64,000 nucleotides of DNA from a virus. A program made the position numbers and the translations under genes. The notes beneath the pieces are model-generated. The model saw only the letters and a program-made list of their open reading frames with translations. It was not told where the DNA came from and ran no database searches. Shown piece after piece: positions 38,907 through 48,872 of this stretch; position 1 is the stretch's first letter, and each line of letters begins with the position of its first letter. The stretch is taken from positions 32,001 through 96,000 of IMG/VR virus record IMGVR_UViG_3300044981_000204; one strand, written 5' to 3'.

Positions 38907-39347
38907 TTAGCCCACACCAGGGCGGTTGAAGATTGCCAAACTAAGCTCGAACCAGTTGAACGGCTTCCTACAGCTGTAGAGGGGTAGCGGGAGGTCGTCG
39001 GCATCCACGTGGAACGATTTTCCCTCCTTCACCACCGAGTGGGGGGCTAGGACCACGTCCACTGCTCGGTAGAGCATCGCCTGATCGTCCCTGCGAGCTA
39101 GGACTAGGACCCTCCCCCCAACCCTGTCCCTCTCCACCACCCACGACCTTTGGCTGGACCTGAAGTAAAGCCTCCTACCGTGGAAGATCTTCAGCTCGAT
39201 CCAGACCTCCTGGCCCCGTCGACAGCCGTTCACGTCGCTGATGCCCGTTCCCGCGACGTTCTCTATGCGGCACAAGTGGGTTAGGTCGTCCGAGAGGCCC
39301 GTTCGGACCTGTTGCCAGAAATAGGACTCGGTCACCTGTTGACGCAT
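38907..39347 (-). CDS. PD-(D/E)XK nuclease, Holliday-junction resolvase/VRR-NUC-like
   Basis: RIEN...GISD...WIELK....Q..W motif. Confidence 0.75.
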   Translation of the reverse strand: MRQQVTESYFWQQVRTGLSDDLTHLCRIENVAGTGISDVNGCRRGQEVWIELKIFHGRRLYFRSSQRSWVVERDRVGGRVLVLARRDDQAMLYRAVDVVLAPHSVVKEGKSFHVDADDLPLPLYSCRKPFNWFELSLAIFNRPGVG

Positions 39348-39348
39348 C

Positions 39349-39645
39349 TTATGGTCCCCAAGCCATGATAGCTCTTATTTCTTGGTCCTCGTACCTAGCC
39401 ACGCCATAGCTTAGTTCAGTCAAACCCACCAACCGTCCATGAGAGAGCTGGTTCCAGTGCTTGAACAACCTACCTCCAGGCGGGACCAGGCACCGGCCGA
39501 CCGGTCGGGGAGGTGGGAACGGCTCCACCTGGCTCATCATACCGGCGACCCGCCGACGCCAGTCGTACTCGTGGCGGCAGGACCCTGACCCAGAGCAGAC
39601 TGAAGCTAGCTCTTGGGGAGGTAGGTTGCAGGTGACACAGTTCAT
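39349..39645 (-). CDS. Hypothetical protein
   Basis: ATGA overlap with the upstream stop; Cys-rich N-terminus. Confidence 0.45.
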   Translation of the reverse strand: MNCVTCNLPPQELASVCSGSGSCRHEYDWRRRVAGMMSQVEPFPPPRPVGRCLVPPGGRLFKHWNQLSHGRLVGLTELSYGVARYEDQEIRAIMAWGP

Positions 39646-40445
39646 ATTGCTACCTCCGCAACTGCTAAAATCTTTTCTGCGATAAGCCTTTTTCTTTCGA
39701 GGGAAGGCCCTTTTCTTCCCCAAACAGTTTTAATGAGCTTTAAGGCATTCTTATGGTGGACCGCACATTGGAATGTCGTAGTGCAGCTGCTGCTCGATAC
39801 GATGTTAGGCCTAAACCCAGTCACGTTATCGACGTACTCCGTAAAAGCATACACTACTGCGCGAGTGCCACAGGTTTGAACCAATGGATGACGCCAGTCG
39901 TGTCCTCTGATGCCGATAGCCCCATCTCCATCGAGCTGTCCTCGCCAGAAATCAGCATTGAAGCTTAATTCCGGTGGAACTGTTGCATCATATGACTTCT
40001 TGGGGGTGAAACCTAATTCAGTTAAACGGGCACCTAGTTTGTGGGCAACTATCATTATGCCCGTTACTTCACCTTTTTGACCCCATCCATTGTTAGGCTT
40101 CGTGCGGATCGAATCTTCGTCCGCCCCTATGAACCTAACGAAGTTTACTACTTGATCAGAATCTTTTGACGCAAGCCAAAGTGACAGAAGGTGGGCACCA
40201 TCTCGCCTATATGACAACGAGCCGTCAGCAAGTAAAAACCCCACCCAATAAGCTGCTTCATCACTTATTGGAGAATTGAAGGTGTCGTGCCGCACATTCT
40301 TGTGCTTCCAAGCAATCCTAATAGTAGGGGTCTTGTGCAAATTACAACGCTTCGGTCCTCCTGGGTGTGTCTTCTCTAGAGAGTTGCTCCAGTATCTAAA
40401 GAATTTCTCACCACAAATATTGCAGAAGAACTCTAAATTAGGCAA
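39642..40445 (-). mobile_element. Free-standing LAGLIDADG homing endonuclease
   Basis: AYWVGFLLADGS and FWRGQLDGDG motifs; lower GC; probable TTG start overlapping the polymerase stop. Confidence 0.85.
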
Positions 40446-42465
40446 GTTCCACCGCCTCTTTTGCGGAGCCCCAACTGTCCCCAATCGCCGCGTCAGCCAC
40501 CACAGGTATCTCTAACTGCACGCAGGTCTCCATCACTTGCTTATACAGCCTAACCTCATTAGCGTCAGTCACGGAAGCACAAGCTTCATCATGAACGATT
40601 AGCCCCGGAACATGCCCATGGTCGTAGTACAGCACGTGAAGAGCCTGCTTCAACTGATCTGAAGCGGATCCTTGTATCAGCGAATTGCCGGCCTTATGGG
40701 TCCCGAACCTTTGGAGCCTGCGCCCCGGCCATTGCTGTTCTGCTTGCAGTCTCGGCAACCCCCTATACGCATGGTTTCTATCTTCCTTTGACTCTGGGAC
40801 TGGTTCAAACAGGTTGAATCGCCGCCTTCTGCCTAAGATCGTGGTGATGTAGCCGCGCTCCTGCGCCACGGTCATGGCCTTCGTGGCAAGTCCCTTCACG
40901 AAGGGAAGGGCTGCATGGTACACTGACAAGATCTCCTGTCCCTCAGGGATTGAGACATTGAGCTGCCTGCACAGTTTTTGCAGACCCATCCCGTAAGAAA
41001 TCCCGAGCGAGATACTCTTGATCTGCTTCCTCTTGAAGGTCCTTCCCGAAGCCTTGTTGACGATGTCCGTAGTGAATTGGTGGTAGTCCAACTTAGGGTT
41101 GGCCCGAAATGCTTCAACAGTTGCATCAGCTCCAGGCAAGTGGCATAGGCTGGCAAAGTGAACGTTGAGGCGAACCTCTTGTTGTGAGTAATCGAGTTTC
41201 CCGAACAGTTTCCCCTCATCGGCAATGAACAGTTTACGAACCTCTTCTGCCCACACCGGGCTGTCCTTCCCCCACAGGTCGTCGTCGTGACGAGCTGGTA
41301 CTTGTTGGAGATTTATATGACTAGAGGAGAATCGCCCGCTCCTCGTTCCTTGCCCATCCTGGCGGAGTTGATGAAACTGGCAGTGTATCCTACCGTTGAT
41401 GTTCTCCTTGATGATGTCGCCCACGAGGAACTCGTCCCGAAGAGTGCAAAGCTTCTTCTTCTTGAGGATGATCCTGGACAGGGGGTCCTTCTGCAGGCCG
41501 AACCACTCCGCGACGAAGGAAGCGTTCCCCAAAGCAGTGTACTTCAAATTGGCCGCGACGTTGAGCTCCGGCATCCTTGCTCCCAGCACCTCATACGCGC
41601 GCGTCAGGTCCTTACCCGAGTCCAAGTTCGGGTCGAATCCCACCAACTTCTTAATCTCGAGGGAGTACTTGTCTATCTCCTTGGTGAGGACCTTGCACAG
41701 TGCCTCGGCCTTCTCGAGGTCCACCCTAACTCCCTGTATGCGCATCCTAAGGAGGATTGGAACCAGCGAGGACTCGAGGTTGAAGATGCTGCGGAGGTTT
41801 TCGGCATCTATAAACTTTGATTGCTTCTCGTAGATCCTTCTAGGCCTGTCCACGTCCCCCTCGGCATAGGCGCCGACGTACTCTGGGGGAAGCATCCAGA
41901 GGTCCTTCTTTGGGTCGAACGATATGGGGCGCCTGCAGGCTCGGTCCTTGTACCCGCTGATGTACCTTGACGCAGCCTCCCGGAGCAACTCCTCCTCCTT
42001 GCCCTCGCCGAGGTACTTCTTGGAGAGGACCTCGAGGCTGTAGCCCTCGGCCGTCTCCTCGTCGAGGAGAGGCTCAGCTATTTGGACATCCCTCCTGACC
42101 ACATCGTCGTGGAACTTGACGTCTTCGAACCACAAAGATTCTTCGTCGTAGAGCAAATTCGCTCCGTACAACTCTCCCCGAAAGTGCTTTACTTGATCGT
42201 GCAGCCAGTCAAAAACCGCATTGGGTGCTAAGTTTTGGCCTTGTGCGTGCCTAACTGGGTAGTAGCCGGAGAAGCCCTCAACGTGGACCGCGACGCCGCA
42301 GATGAAGCTCTCCCCCCGAAGAAAACCTGGGCCTTTTTCTTGTAAGTGTGGGTCTCGAGTCTCGCAGTCCAGCGACCACCACTTAGCCTCGCTGATGTTG
42401 GGGAAGGAGTCCGGAGGCCTCCAGCTAGACTCCGGCATCAGCTCTGGAAAACAAGGTTGCAGCAC
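40438..42465 (-). CDS. DNA polymerase family A with 3'-5' exonuclease
   Basis: LDCET (ExoI), SGRFSS..NLQQVP, DYSQQEVR (motif A), RKQIKSISLGISYG (motif B), VHDE (motif C). Confidence 0.95.
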   Translation of the reverse strand: MLQPCFPELMPESSWRPPDSFPNISEAKWWSLDCETRDPHLQEKGPGFLRGESFICGVAVHVEGFSGYYPVRHAQGQNLAPNAVFDWLHDQVKHFRGELYGANLLYDEESLWFEDVKFHDDVVRRDVQIAEPLLDEETAEGYSLEVLSKKYLGEGKEEELLREAASRYISGYKDRACRRPISFDPKKDLWMLPPEYVGAYAEGDVDRPRRIYEKQSKFIDAENLRSIFNLESSLVPILLRMRIQGVRVDLEKAEALCKVLTKEIDKYSLEIKKLVGFDPNLDSGKDLTRAYEVLGARMPELNVAANLKYTALGNASFVAEWFGLQKDPLSRIILKKKKLCTLRDEFLVGDIIKENINGRIHCQFHQLRQDGQGTRSGRFSSSHINLQQVPARHDDDLWGKDSPVWAEEVRKLFIADEGKLFGKLDYSQQEVRLNVHFASLCHLPGADATVEAFRANPKLDYHQFTTDIVNKASGRTFKRKQIKSISLGISYGMGLQKLCRQLNVSIPEGQEILSVYHAALPFVKGLATKAMTVAQERGYITTILGRRRRFNLFEPVPESKEDRNHAYRGLPRLQAEQQWPGRRLQRFGTHKAGNSLIQGSASDQLKQALHVLYYDHGHVPGLIVHDEACASVTDANEVRLYKQVMETCVQLEIPVVADAAIGDSWGSAKEAVELA

Positions 42466-42828
42466 CTATAGCCTCGGGTGCTCGGGAGGGTCGCCATCTT
42501 CGCGTGGATCTTCTTCACGTTTCGGAGCACCGCACGCTGAACAAGGATAACTGAGACAGGCCTTGCCGCACATCCAGCATGTTGGCGGCTCGTCACAGAA
42601 GTCAGAAGTCTTCTTGAAGCTTTCCTCATCAACCTCGCGTCCTGAGCTTTTTAAGGTGGACCTTTGCATCGTCTCGGGATTTCTTGGTGGTTCGCTAGAC
42701 AAGTAGCTTTCCTCATGGTGCCTGAAGTTGTTTGCCCCGTCGTTCGCCGCGAAAGTTTCGTGCGGGCAGATGGTCCACCTGTAAGCATCGTCGAAGTACA
42801 CTAGGCAGTCGGCACATTGCACTATCAC
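42466..42828 (-). CDS. Hypothetical Zn-ribbon protein
   Basis: Several CxxC motifs. Confidence 0.55.
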   Translation of the reverse strand: MIVQCADCLVYFDDAYRWTICPHETFAANDGANNFRHHEESYLSSEPPRNPETMQRSTLKSSGREVDEESFKKTSDFCDEPPTCWMCGKACLSYPCSACGAPKREEDPREDGDPPEHPRL

Positions 42829-42834
42829 GGTTGT

Positions 42835-43410
42835 CTACCTCACCCCGCTTGACCCCAGCACCAGTGTGCTGCCGTCGGGTTGAATCTGTTCCCATGTTCG
42901 AAACCAGCTCCTGACCAGCGTCCCTACCCTGTCGCGCTCTGGCAGGTGGTGCCTTGTCCAAAGCTCCTTTGCCTCTGGGTGCGGGTACTCCTCCAGGAAC
43001 ACGATCCTAAGCGCCGAGGTGCTGAGGAGCATCTTGGTGCAAGAGGTGCAGGGGGACGTCGTGGTGTAGACGGTGTTGATCTTGGAGGTGTCGGGGCAGC
43101 GAAGGATCGCTGAAACTTCGGAATGGACCGCCAGGCAGCCGTCTAAGTCGGTTCCTGAAATGGCATGGGCTGCGGGGCACTCGTTCGCGGCATCTTCGCG
43201 GCAATGGGGCCAACCGCTGCTTGTACCATTGTGTCCTGTTGAGAGTATGAATTTGTGGTCGTCAATCAAAACTACGCCAACTTGGCGCCTGATGCAAGTG
43301 CCGCGGGTGGCGACTTCGCAAGCGATGTTCATAAAGAATTTGTCCCAGCTAGGCCGAAACATATGATTTAAACTTTTAAATTTTCGTTGAATCGCTCCAG
43401 GGTCATTCAT
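42835..43410 (-). CDS. dCMP deaminase
   Basis: RPSWD.FFM.IA..VA.R.TC.RRQVG, HSE and PCTSC motifs. Confidence 0.9.
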   Translation of the reverse strand: MNDPGAIQRKFKSLNHMFRPSWDKFFMNIACEVATRGTCIRRQVGVVLIDDHKFILSTGHNGTSSGWPHCREDAANECPAAHAISGTDLDGCLAVHSEVSAILRCPDTSKINTVYTTTSPCTSCTKMLLSTSALRIVFLEEYPHPEAKELWTRHHLPERDRVGTLVRSWFRTWEQIQPDGSTLVLGSSGVR

Positions 43411-44378
43411 TTAGCACCATTAGCAAATTCATCCTTCTGCCACGGCCCGACCCAAAGCTGCCCCTCCAGCTCCTTGCTCCAAGCCCCTAGCCCCTCGGGG
43501 CTGATCCCGTCCTTGAGCACCCTGTCGCAGATGGCCATCTTCGAGTCGATCATGTCGCATAGGTGGAACGCTATAGCCTCCCTCATGAGTGGAACCCTCG
43601 GGCTACCCCACGCGAGTGCCCCGTGATGCGAGGCGATCAAGTGTAGTATAGCTATGCGCAGTTCGCCGGGAAACTCGCCTAGGTCGTCCATGGCCGTTGC
43701 AACCTCCACCATACCTATGGATATATGGCCCAGGAGCGACCCCTCGATCGTGTATCCTATACCCATGGAGTACGACATCTCCTTTACCTTGCCTATGTCG
43801 TGCAGGATGCAGGCCGCAACCATCAGGTCTCTGTTGAGGTTGTATCGGTCACTGAGCATTAGTGAGGTCTTGCACAGTGAAAGCGAGTGCTCCAGTAGGC
43901 CGCCGAGGTAGTTGTGGTGGATTGACTTGGCGGCGGGAGCTAGGCAGAACTTCTCCTTGTTCTTTTTGAGTATGTTAAACAGCAGCGTCCTGATGTAACC
44001 GCCCTCAACTCCGCCAACTATCTGCATTAGTTCGGAGAACATCTCCTCCGGCTCCCTCTCCGACCTCTGGAAGAAGTCCACCGGGTCCACGGGATCGTCC
44101 GCGCCGACCTGGCGAATTTGGGACACTGCGACTTGCTTTTGCCCAGCCCACTCCGAGACCTGGCCCCTCACCTTTACGAAGGTCTTCTGGAACGTCGATG
44201 GCTCGAGGCCCTGGGGGACCTCCCAGAGCCTTGCGTCGACCTCCCCCGTCTTATCAACCAGTTTGAAGCACCAGTAGTCGGTATCCTTCTTCGACTTGCG
44301 TACCTGCGGTAGGTCGACTACTAGGAAGTATGAAACGACCTCGGAGTTCACCTCAAGGTCCTTTACGTAGGTCTTCAT
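43407..44378 (-). CDS. YhaM-like OB-fold/HD-domain 3'-5' exonuclease
   Basis: DKTG OB-fold, PAA..IHH...GGLLEH, HDIGK, GHI and SHHG motifs. Confidence 0.9.
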   Translation of the reverse strand: MKTYVKDLEVNSEVVSYFLVVDLPQVRKSKKDTDYWCFKLVDKTGEVDARLWEVPQGLEPSTFQKTFVKVRGQVSEWAGQKQVAVSQIRQVGADDPVDPVDFFQRSEREPEEMFSELMQIVGGVEGGYIRTLLFNILKKNKEKFCLAPAAKSIHHNYLGGLLEHSLSLCKTSLMLSDRYNLNRDLMVAACILHDIGKVKEMSYSMGIGYTIEGSLLGHISIGMVEVATAMDDLGEFPGELRIAILHLIASHHGALAWGSPRVPLMREAIAFHLCDMIDSKMAICDRVLKDGISPEGLGAWSKELEGQLWVGPWQKDEFANGAK

Positions 44379-45277
44379 GGCTCATTTCCTATGCTTGGCC
44401 ACGTAAGGGTGAACGCGTTCTCGTTGAACGTGGGCGCGTAGCAAGAGGGAGTCGACTCGATTAGGTCGGTCAACCACCCATACCCCGTGTAGTTCTTCTT
44501 GTCCTTTAGTCCCTCGAGGTGAAGCAGGAGGTTGTCGGGACTCCTGAACTCGTCCACGTCTAGTGGTGAGTACTTGTCAGCCCTGGTCATGGGCTGATTT
44601 TTGAGCACCGCCCAAGCCTGGTCCTTGTTGGACTCGTACAGGTGTTGGCTTCCTGCGGTCAGCCTAAGGCTGCCAAGCCCCACGTCGTTGAGGTCTCGGC
44701 ACCTCTGCCTGATTGTGAGTAGTATGTAGGCCGACAGCATTGAGATGTTGAACCAATCGTACACGATGCCCAGCCACGCGTCGCTGGACCGCATTGTGGC
44801 GACGCAGTGCATCCTTCTGCGACTCCCATCATCAGACCTCCTGATCAAGAACTGGTACGACAGTGTGCACGGGACGTCCTTGCTGGGCCTTGGGTTCTCC
44901 CTCCAGACGCTTATAACCGCTTGCCTAGTGTCGTTGTCAGCGACTAAGCAGTCGCACGCGTACCTCAGCTGCTCCACGACCTTGACCCCGTACGCCCCGT
45001 CGAACCTTCGACCGTCGTCCGAGAAATTGGCTATGGTCTTGCTGTAGGGTGCTATGGACGCAACGTCGTTGCGGCCCGAGAGTATCCACCAGGCTTCTGC
45101 ACATAGGAACCTCCTCCCCAGCTTGCGATCGGCGACCGTCACCACTGGTCGGAGCATGTCGACCTCGGTAGTGTGGGCAAGGAGCTCGAGGCACGGCACG
45201 CCCCTAGGGGCCACCAGATCCCCTGAGTCCAGCAATTTGGCTAGAAGACGGAGCCAGGCGGAGTTTGCGTCTGTCAT
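44375..45277 (-). CDS. ThyA-family enzyme, probable dCMP (hydroxy)methylase
   Basis: TRQAV, DVPC (catalytic Cys), MRSSDAWLGIVYD, GSQHLY; Asp at the position of E. coli ThyA Asn177. Confidence 0.8.
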   Translation of the reverse strand: MTDANSAWLRLLAKLLDSGDLVAPRGVPCLELLAHTTEVDMLRPVVTVADRKLGRRFLCAEAWWILSGRNDVASIAPYSKTIANFSDDGRRFDGAYGVKVVEQLRYACDCLVADNDTRQAVISVWRENPRPSKDVPCTLSYQFLIRRSDDGSRRRMHCVATMRSSDAWLGIVYDWFNISMLSAYILLTIRQRCRDLNDVGLGSLRLTAGSQHLYESNKDQAWAVLKNQPMTRADKYSPLDVDEFRSPDNLLLHLEGLKDKKNYTGYGWLTDLIESTPSCYAPTFNENAFTLTWPSIGNEP

Positions 45278-45945
45278 GGCCCAACTCCTTCTTTTGCCTG
45301 CGGCCAAGATGGCCGGCACATCTCCCTCAGTAGGAGGTCCTTTACTTCTGACCAGACCTGGTCTATGGACAAGTCGTCGACGAGGATCGGGGACCACCCC
45401 GGCCTGTGCTGGTATAGCTCGAAGTACGCGCATATGACCCTCGACTGAGCGTCTACCTTGTTCCAGTCTTTCTGCTTTTGGTGTGATCCTGAATCAGGCC
45501 TCGCGTTGGCTCTTCCGAGGAGGACCGCCGGGTCCCCGTACAAAAAGATCGTTAGATTCGGCCAAGCTCCCTTCTTCTTGTCGTACAGCTCCATGGCGTC
45601 GTCGTCGTGCTCGCGGCCACGAGCGTAGGCGAATTGGCTCAACCACCAGCGGTCCGACACGACAACCTTTCCTTCGTCCATGGCCGGCTTAACTAGCTTG
45701 TGCCAGTTCTGGACGTGGCCGGCGAGGAATACCAGGTCTAGTACGCACGGCGCCATGTCGCGCGGCGGGACGACCTCGTACATGATCTTCTTCAGCGATT
45801 CGCCCAGGGGCGAGCCCCCGAGGTCCTGGGTCCTTACCACCTTATCATCCCCCAGCAACTGGCAAAGGTAGTCCACGACCCTTGCGACCTGGGTGGTCTT
45901 GCCGGCGCCGTCTATGCCCTCCAACACCACTAGTTTTCCGCTCAA
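45274..45945 (-). CDS. tmk: Thymidylate/dNMP kinase
   Basis: VLEGIDGAGKTTQ and VVSDRW..S..AY motifs. Confidence 0.9.
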   Translation of the reverse strand: MSGKLVVLEGIDGAGKTTQVARVVDYLCQLLGDDKVVRTQDLGGSPLGESLKKIMYEVVPPRDMAPCVLDLVFLAGHVQNWHKLVKPAMDEGKVVVSDRWWLSQFAYARGREHDDDAMELYDKKKGAWPNLTIFLYGDPAVLLGRANARPDSGSHQKQKDWNKVDAQSRVICAYFELYQHRPGWSPILVDDLSIDQVWSEVKDLLLREMCRPSWPQAKEGVGP

Positions 45946-46148
45946 AGCAAGACCTCCCCCACGAATGCCACGTTGATCTTGAACACGGACAGCTCACCGT
46001 GCTCGGGGAGCATGGAGTCTCGGACCTTTACCGCTAGGTCGAGGTCCTCGAAGAGGGAGATCGCGTCCTCCTCGTTTCCTATGGGCCGCCCCGGCGTGCC
46101 GTCCGGCAACTTCTTAGCGATGAAGTATCCACTGTTCATGTGGTCCAA
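45942..46148 (-). CDS. Hypothetical protein
   Basis: Short ORF packed within the operon. Confidence 0.5.
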   Translation of the reverse strand: MDHMNSGYFIAKKLPDGTPGRPIGNEEDAISLFEDLDLAVKVRDSMLPEHGELSVFKINVAFVGEVLL

Positions 46149-46151
46149 TTA

Positions 46152-46412
46152 TCATAGTACATCGGGCGCGGCGGTCGGGGTCGGGGAAGTCTTGAGCTGG
46201 TTTCGTCTCTCGGCTATGAGCAGACCAAGCTTGATCCCAGTCTCGCATCCTGCGGAAATTTTTGGGTCTTGGTTGGTGTACTTCCCCATGACCGTTATGA
46301 TCCTATTCCATCGAGGCCAGGTATAGTCAATGTTGGTGAGTTCTAACTCACGGAACTTTTTGAAGGCCCACTCGAGCTCTTCGGGAGTTATTGTCGCTTG
46401 CTCTGGGGTCAT
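46152..46412 (-). CDS. Hypothetical protein
   Basis: Short ORF packed within the operon. Confidence 0.5.
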   Translation of the reverse strand: MTPEQATITPEELEWAFKKFRELELTNIDYTWPRWNRIITVMGKYTNQDPKISAGCETGIKLGLLIAERRNQLKTSPTPTAAPDVL

Positions 46413-46419
46413 GTTGACC

Positions 46420-47304
46420 TTATATCTTGCTGAACTCCGGCACGTACTCACTGAGCCCGTCTCCCGTGTCGACCTTCTTAAAGTCCTGGAAGAGCTTCGG
46501 CCACCGGCGCATGGCGTCCTCCGCCACCATCCCGAACACGATCCGAATCTCCTCCTCGGCGTGCTTACTGGTCCTCTGCTCGATGATCCACCTGAGGGAA
46601 CGAAGGTTGAAACTCATGCCGATGCCGGTGGCGAGGCCCAGCGGCGCGACGCGCCGGAAGGCACTGGTCAAGCGCTTCTTTAGGTCGAAGTCCTTGATGT
46701 TGTCGATGTCGTAGTACTTCGCTAAGAAGTGCTGCGTCCACTCCATGACGTATATTGCGTACTCAAAGGCATCCTTTGGGGTCAGTTCGACTGACCTTGG
46801 GTTCTCTTGCTCAAGGATCCCAATTGGAAGGGGACCAAACGTCCTATAGGGCCTCGTCTCCTTGGAGATTATAGGAGGAATCCAAAACTGAATATCTGTT
46901 AGGCGAACGTAGCGCAGGGACTCCTGGCTCCTCTCGTTCCCCACCCAGTTGCGTACCATCTCATGCGTGAACACCCTACTCACGTCCTCGAACGCGTAGT
47001 GCACGTGCCCGTGCGCAGTCACGGACCCGTGGCGGCTCTTGATTATGTTGAGGTGGTACTGCTCGCTGTCCTTGCGGACCTTAGTGACGTTGGGGTTGAG
47101 GCCAGGAGCATATGACTTATAGCAGCGGCGCGCCAGCAACTCAATGAGTCGCTCGATATCGGAGCCGTCGACGTGCTCCATACACGAGAGGGCCTCCTCG
47201 CCGCCGATGTGGCGGAGCCACTGCGTGACGCCGGGATCGTCGTCGGAGCCTAAGTGCATCTTGGGCTGGCCGAGGAAGAATACCTTGGGTGTCACTGCAG
47301 TCAT
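46420..47304 (-). CDS. thyX: FAD-dependent thymidylate synthase
   Basis: HGSV..H, SRVFTHEMVR......SQESLRYV, NLRSLR...R....A..EIR motifs. Confidence 0.9.
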   Translation of the reverse strand: MTAVTPKVFFLGQPKMHLGSDDDPGVTQWLRHIGGEEALSCMEHVDGSDIERLIELLARRCYKSYAPGLNPNVTKVRKDSEQYHLNIIKSRHGSVTAHGHVHYAFEDVSRVFTHEMVRNWVGNERSQESLRYVRLTDIQFWIPPIISKETRPYRTFGPLPIGILEQENPRSVELTPKDAFEYAIYVMEWTQHFLAKYYDIDNIKDFDLKKRLTSAFRRVAPLGLATGIGMSFNLRSLRWIIEQRTSKHAEEEIRIVFGMVAEDAMRRWPKLFQDFKKVDTGDGLSEYVPEFSKI

Positions 47305-47633
47305 TCGTCCGTCCTCCTCTTGTTGAACTTACCATATTTACTCAATATCAAGTACATTCGGAGCCTTCCTTCTGCATTCGACGAGTGTATAGCTACCCCT
47401 AGCTTTGGCCACGAGTTGTTTTGCTCCATCCACAGAACGACGGCTAAGCCAGTCCTCCTCCGCTCCCAGTCGTCGTCGGCGGTCGCGTCGCCGTCCGCGT
47501 CCCAAATCACATCGTGGTCGAGGGAAGCCTCATCCACCTCACCGGTCTTGAGAAGTGCAACCGCCTCGCCAACTGTCTTGGCAGGAGTCCAACCAAGGGG
47601 AGCAGGACGAAGGTCGTCGAGCCAGAGCTTCAC
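47301..47633 (-). CDS. Cyclic-phosphate-processing receiver-like domain protein
   Basis: LWLDDLRPAP.GW, SLDHD, TG and IHSSN..G..RM motifs. Confidence 0.75.
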   Translation of the reverse strand: MKLWLDDLRPAPLGWTPAKTVGEAVALLKTGEVDEASLDHDVIWDADGDATADDDWERRRTGLAVVLWMEQNNSWPKLGVAIHSSNAEGRLRMYLILSKYGKFNKRRTDE

Positions 47634-48247
47634 AACAAGTCCACTAAACTTGCTGGTTCCCACCCCTCCGGCTTAACCACGTCGATCTTGTGCTTCCTGA
47701 TCGACCTCGGGTCGTCTGCCGACTCGGCGCGGACCTTCTTCATGTTGGCGCCCTGCACCCGAGCCCAACCAGCGTCGAACGGGAATCGATGTAGATAGGC
47801 GGTGCCAAGAGCCACATACGCTAGGTCTATCAGCGCGTCGAAGGCCTTCTCCACGTTGAAAGGTGTTTCTACCTCCCGGTATATCTTGGGATCATTTGCT
47901 TGAGACTTACCATATGACATACCCAGAGCTTCCACGTACTCATGTAGTTCTTCCAGCATGAACTTGATCCTGAACTTGAGCACGTCGTCCGGGAGCGCGT
48001 GCCCCGGGTCAGTCGTCGCCTCTAGCCCGAACTTCTCGTGGAACCTCGAAACGTCCCTGAACAGCTGCCCAGGAACTTCCTCCTGCGCCAACTCGATCAT
48101 CTTCTGCAGCATCCTCCTGACCTGGTCTTGGGTCTGCTTAGACGAGTCCTCGACCATCTTGCGCAGGATGGCCGCCTCGTGGGAGTTGGGGTCCCTGGCC
48201 CGGCGAACGAACTCATCGTGCTGGGGTGAGCCGGGAAGCGGTATCAT
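47630..48247 (-). CDS. MazG/PRA-PH-like NTP pyrophosphohydrolase
   Basis: FHEKFG, EELHE, DALIDLAYVALG, V..ANM.K and KPEGW motifs. Confidence 0.8.
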   Translation of the reverse strand: MIPLPGSPQHDEFVRRARDPNSHEAAILRKMVEDSSKQTQDQVRRMLQKMIELAQEEVPGQLFRDVSRFHEKFGLEATTDPGHALPDDVLKFRIKFMLEELHEYVEALGMSYGKSQANDPKIYREVETPFNVEKAFDALIDLAYVALGTAYLHRFPFDAGWARVQGANMKKVRAESADDPRSIRKHKIDVVKPEGWEPASLVDLL

Positions 48248-48384
48248 TCGGGATCCCCCAGACCGTCCGGAACTTCCTCGTCGGTTGCGGGGCACTTAGG
48301 GACCTTGTCCCAGTACTCCTCGGCCAAGCCGCAGTTGTTGCAGTAAAAATCGCCCGGGGTGGGTCGCTCATGGGTTGTGTTCAT
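48244..48384 (-). CDS. Small Cys-containing protein (not in ORF track)
   Basis: Hand translation MNTTHERPTPGDFYCNNCG...; GAGGAGG RBS; ATGA overlap with the next gene. Confidence 0.55.
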   Translation of the reverse strand: MNTTHERPTPGDFYCNNCGLAEEYWDKVPKCPATDEEVPDGLGDPE

Positions 48385-48395
48385 GGACTTCCTCC

Positions 48396-48872
48396 TCAGT
48401 ACTTCTTACCAGACTTCCTTTCGGTGCTCTCGACCGCGGCCATGGCTAGTGCCGCCACCTTGACCATCCTCGACCTGAAGTCGGCAAGGTTCGTGCCCTT
48501 CCGCATGGCGCTATCGAGCTCTTCACGCGATCCCGGAAGCACTAGCACCGACCCCAGCTGCCTCCTGATGAACCCAAGGAACTCCACGTACGTGTGCTCG
48601 TCGTTGTGGCGAGGACCTCCCCACTGTTGGTCCTGGGCCTTCCTCTCCCTCATGACCTCGACGATGAACCTCCTTTTGGCAGCATCGATGGGAGCAGGGC
48701 TTGGAGGAAGTTTCGGTACTCCCGAACCCCCAGCTGGGGGAACCGCGAACCGCTCATCTTCTTCATCCACGATTGGTCGGTGGCCTCTAGCGGTTGATAT
48801 TCGAACGTGCTCGTCGCGGGCCTCACCCATTCCCTCGGTCCCTCCTATTTTTAAGCGCCGACGATATGGCAC
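48396..48872 (-). CDS. Hypothetical protein with MazG-like C-terminal helices
   Basis: ER..QD..WG and VKVAALAMAAVE motifs; start uncertain. Confidence 0.5.
   Translation of the reverse strand: MPYRRRLKIGGTEGMGEARDEHVRISTARGHRPIVDEEDERFAVPPAGGSGVPKLPPSPAPIDAAKRRFIVEVMRERKAQDQQWGGPRHNDEHTYVEFLGFIRRQLGSVLVLPGSREELDSAMRKGTNLADFRSRMVKVAALAMAAVESTERKSGKKY

Noticed and set aside
39642-42465. Group I intron or intein splitting the polymerase
   Set aside because: The polymerase has all motifs and a normal C-terminus (IGDSWG) before the LAGLIDADG gene, which is therefore free-standing.
44375-45433. 352-aa version of the ThyA-like ORF
   Set aside because: The N-terminal extension overlaps tmk; the ATG at 45277 has an AGGAG RBS and an ATGA overlap.
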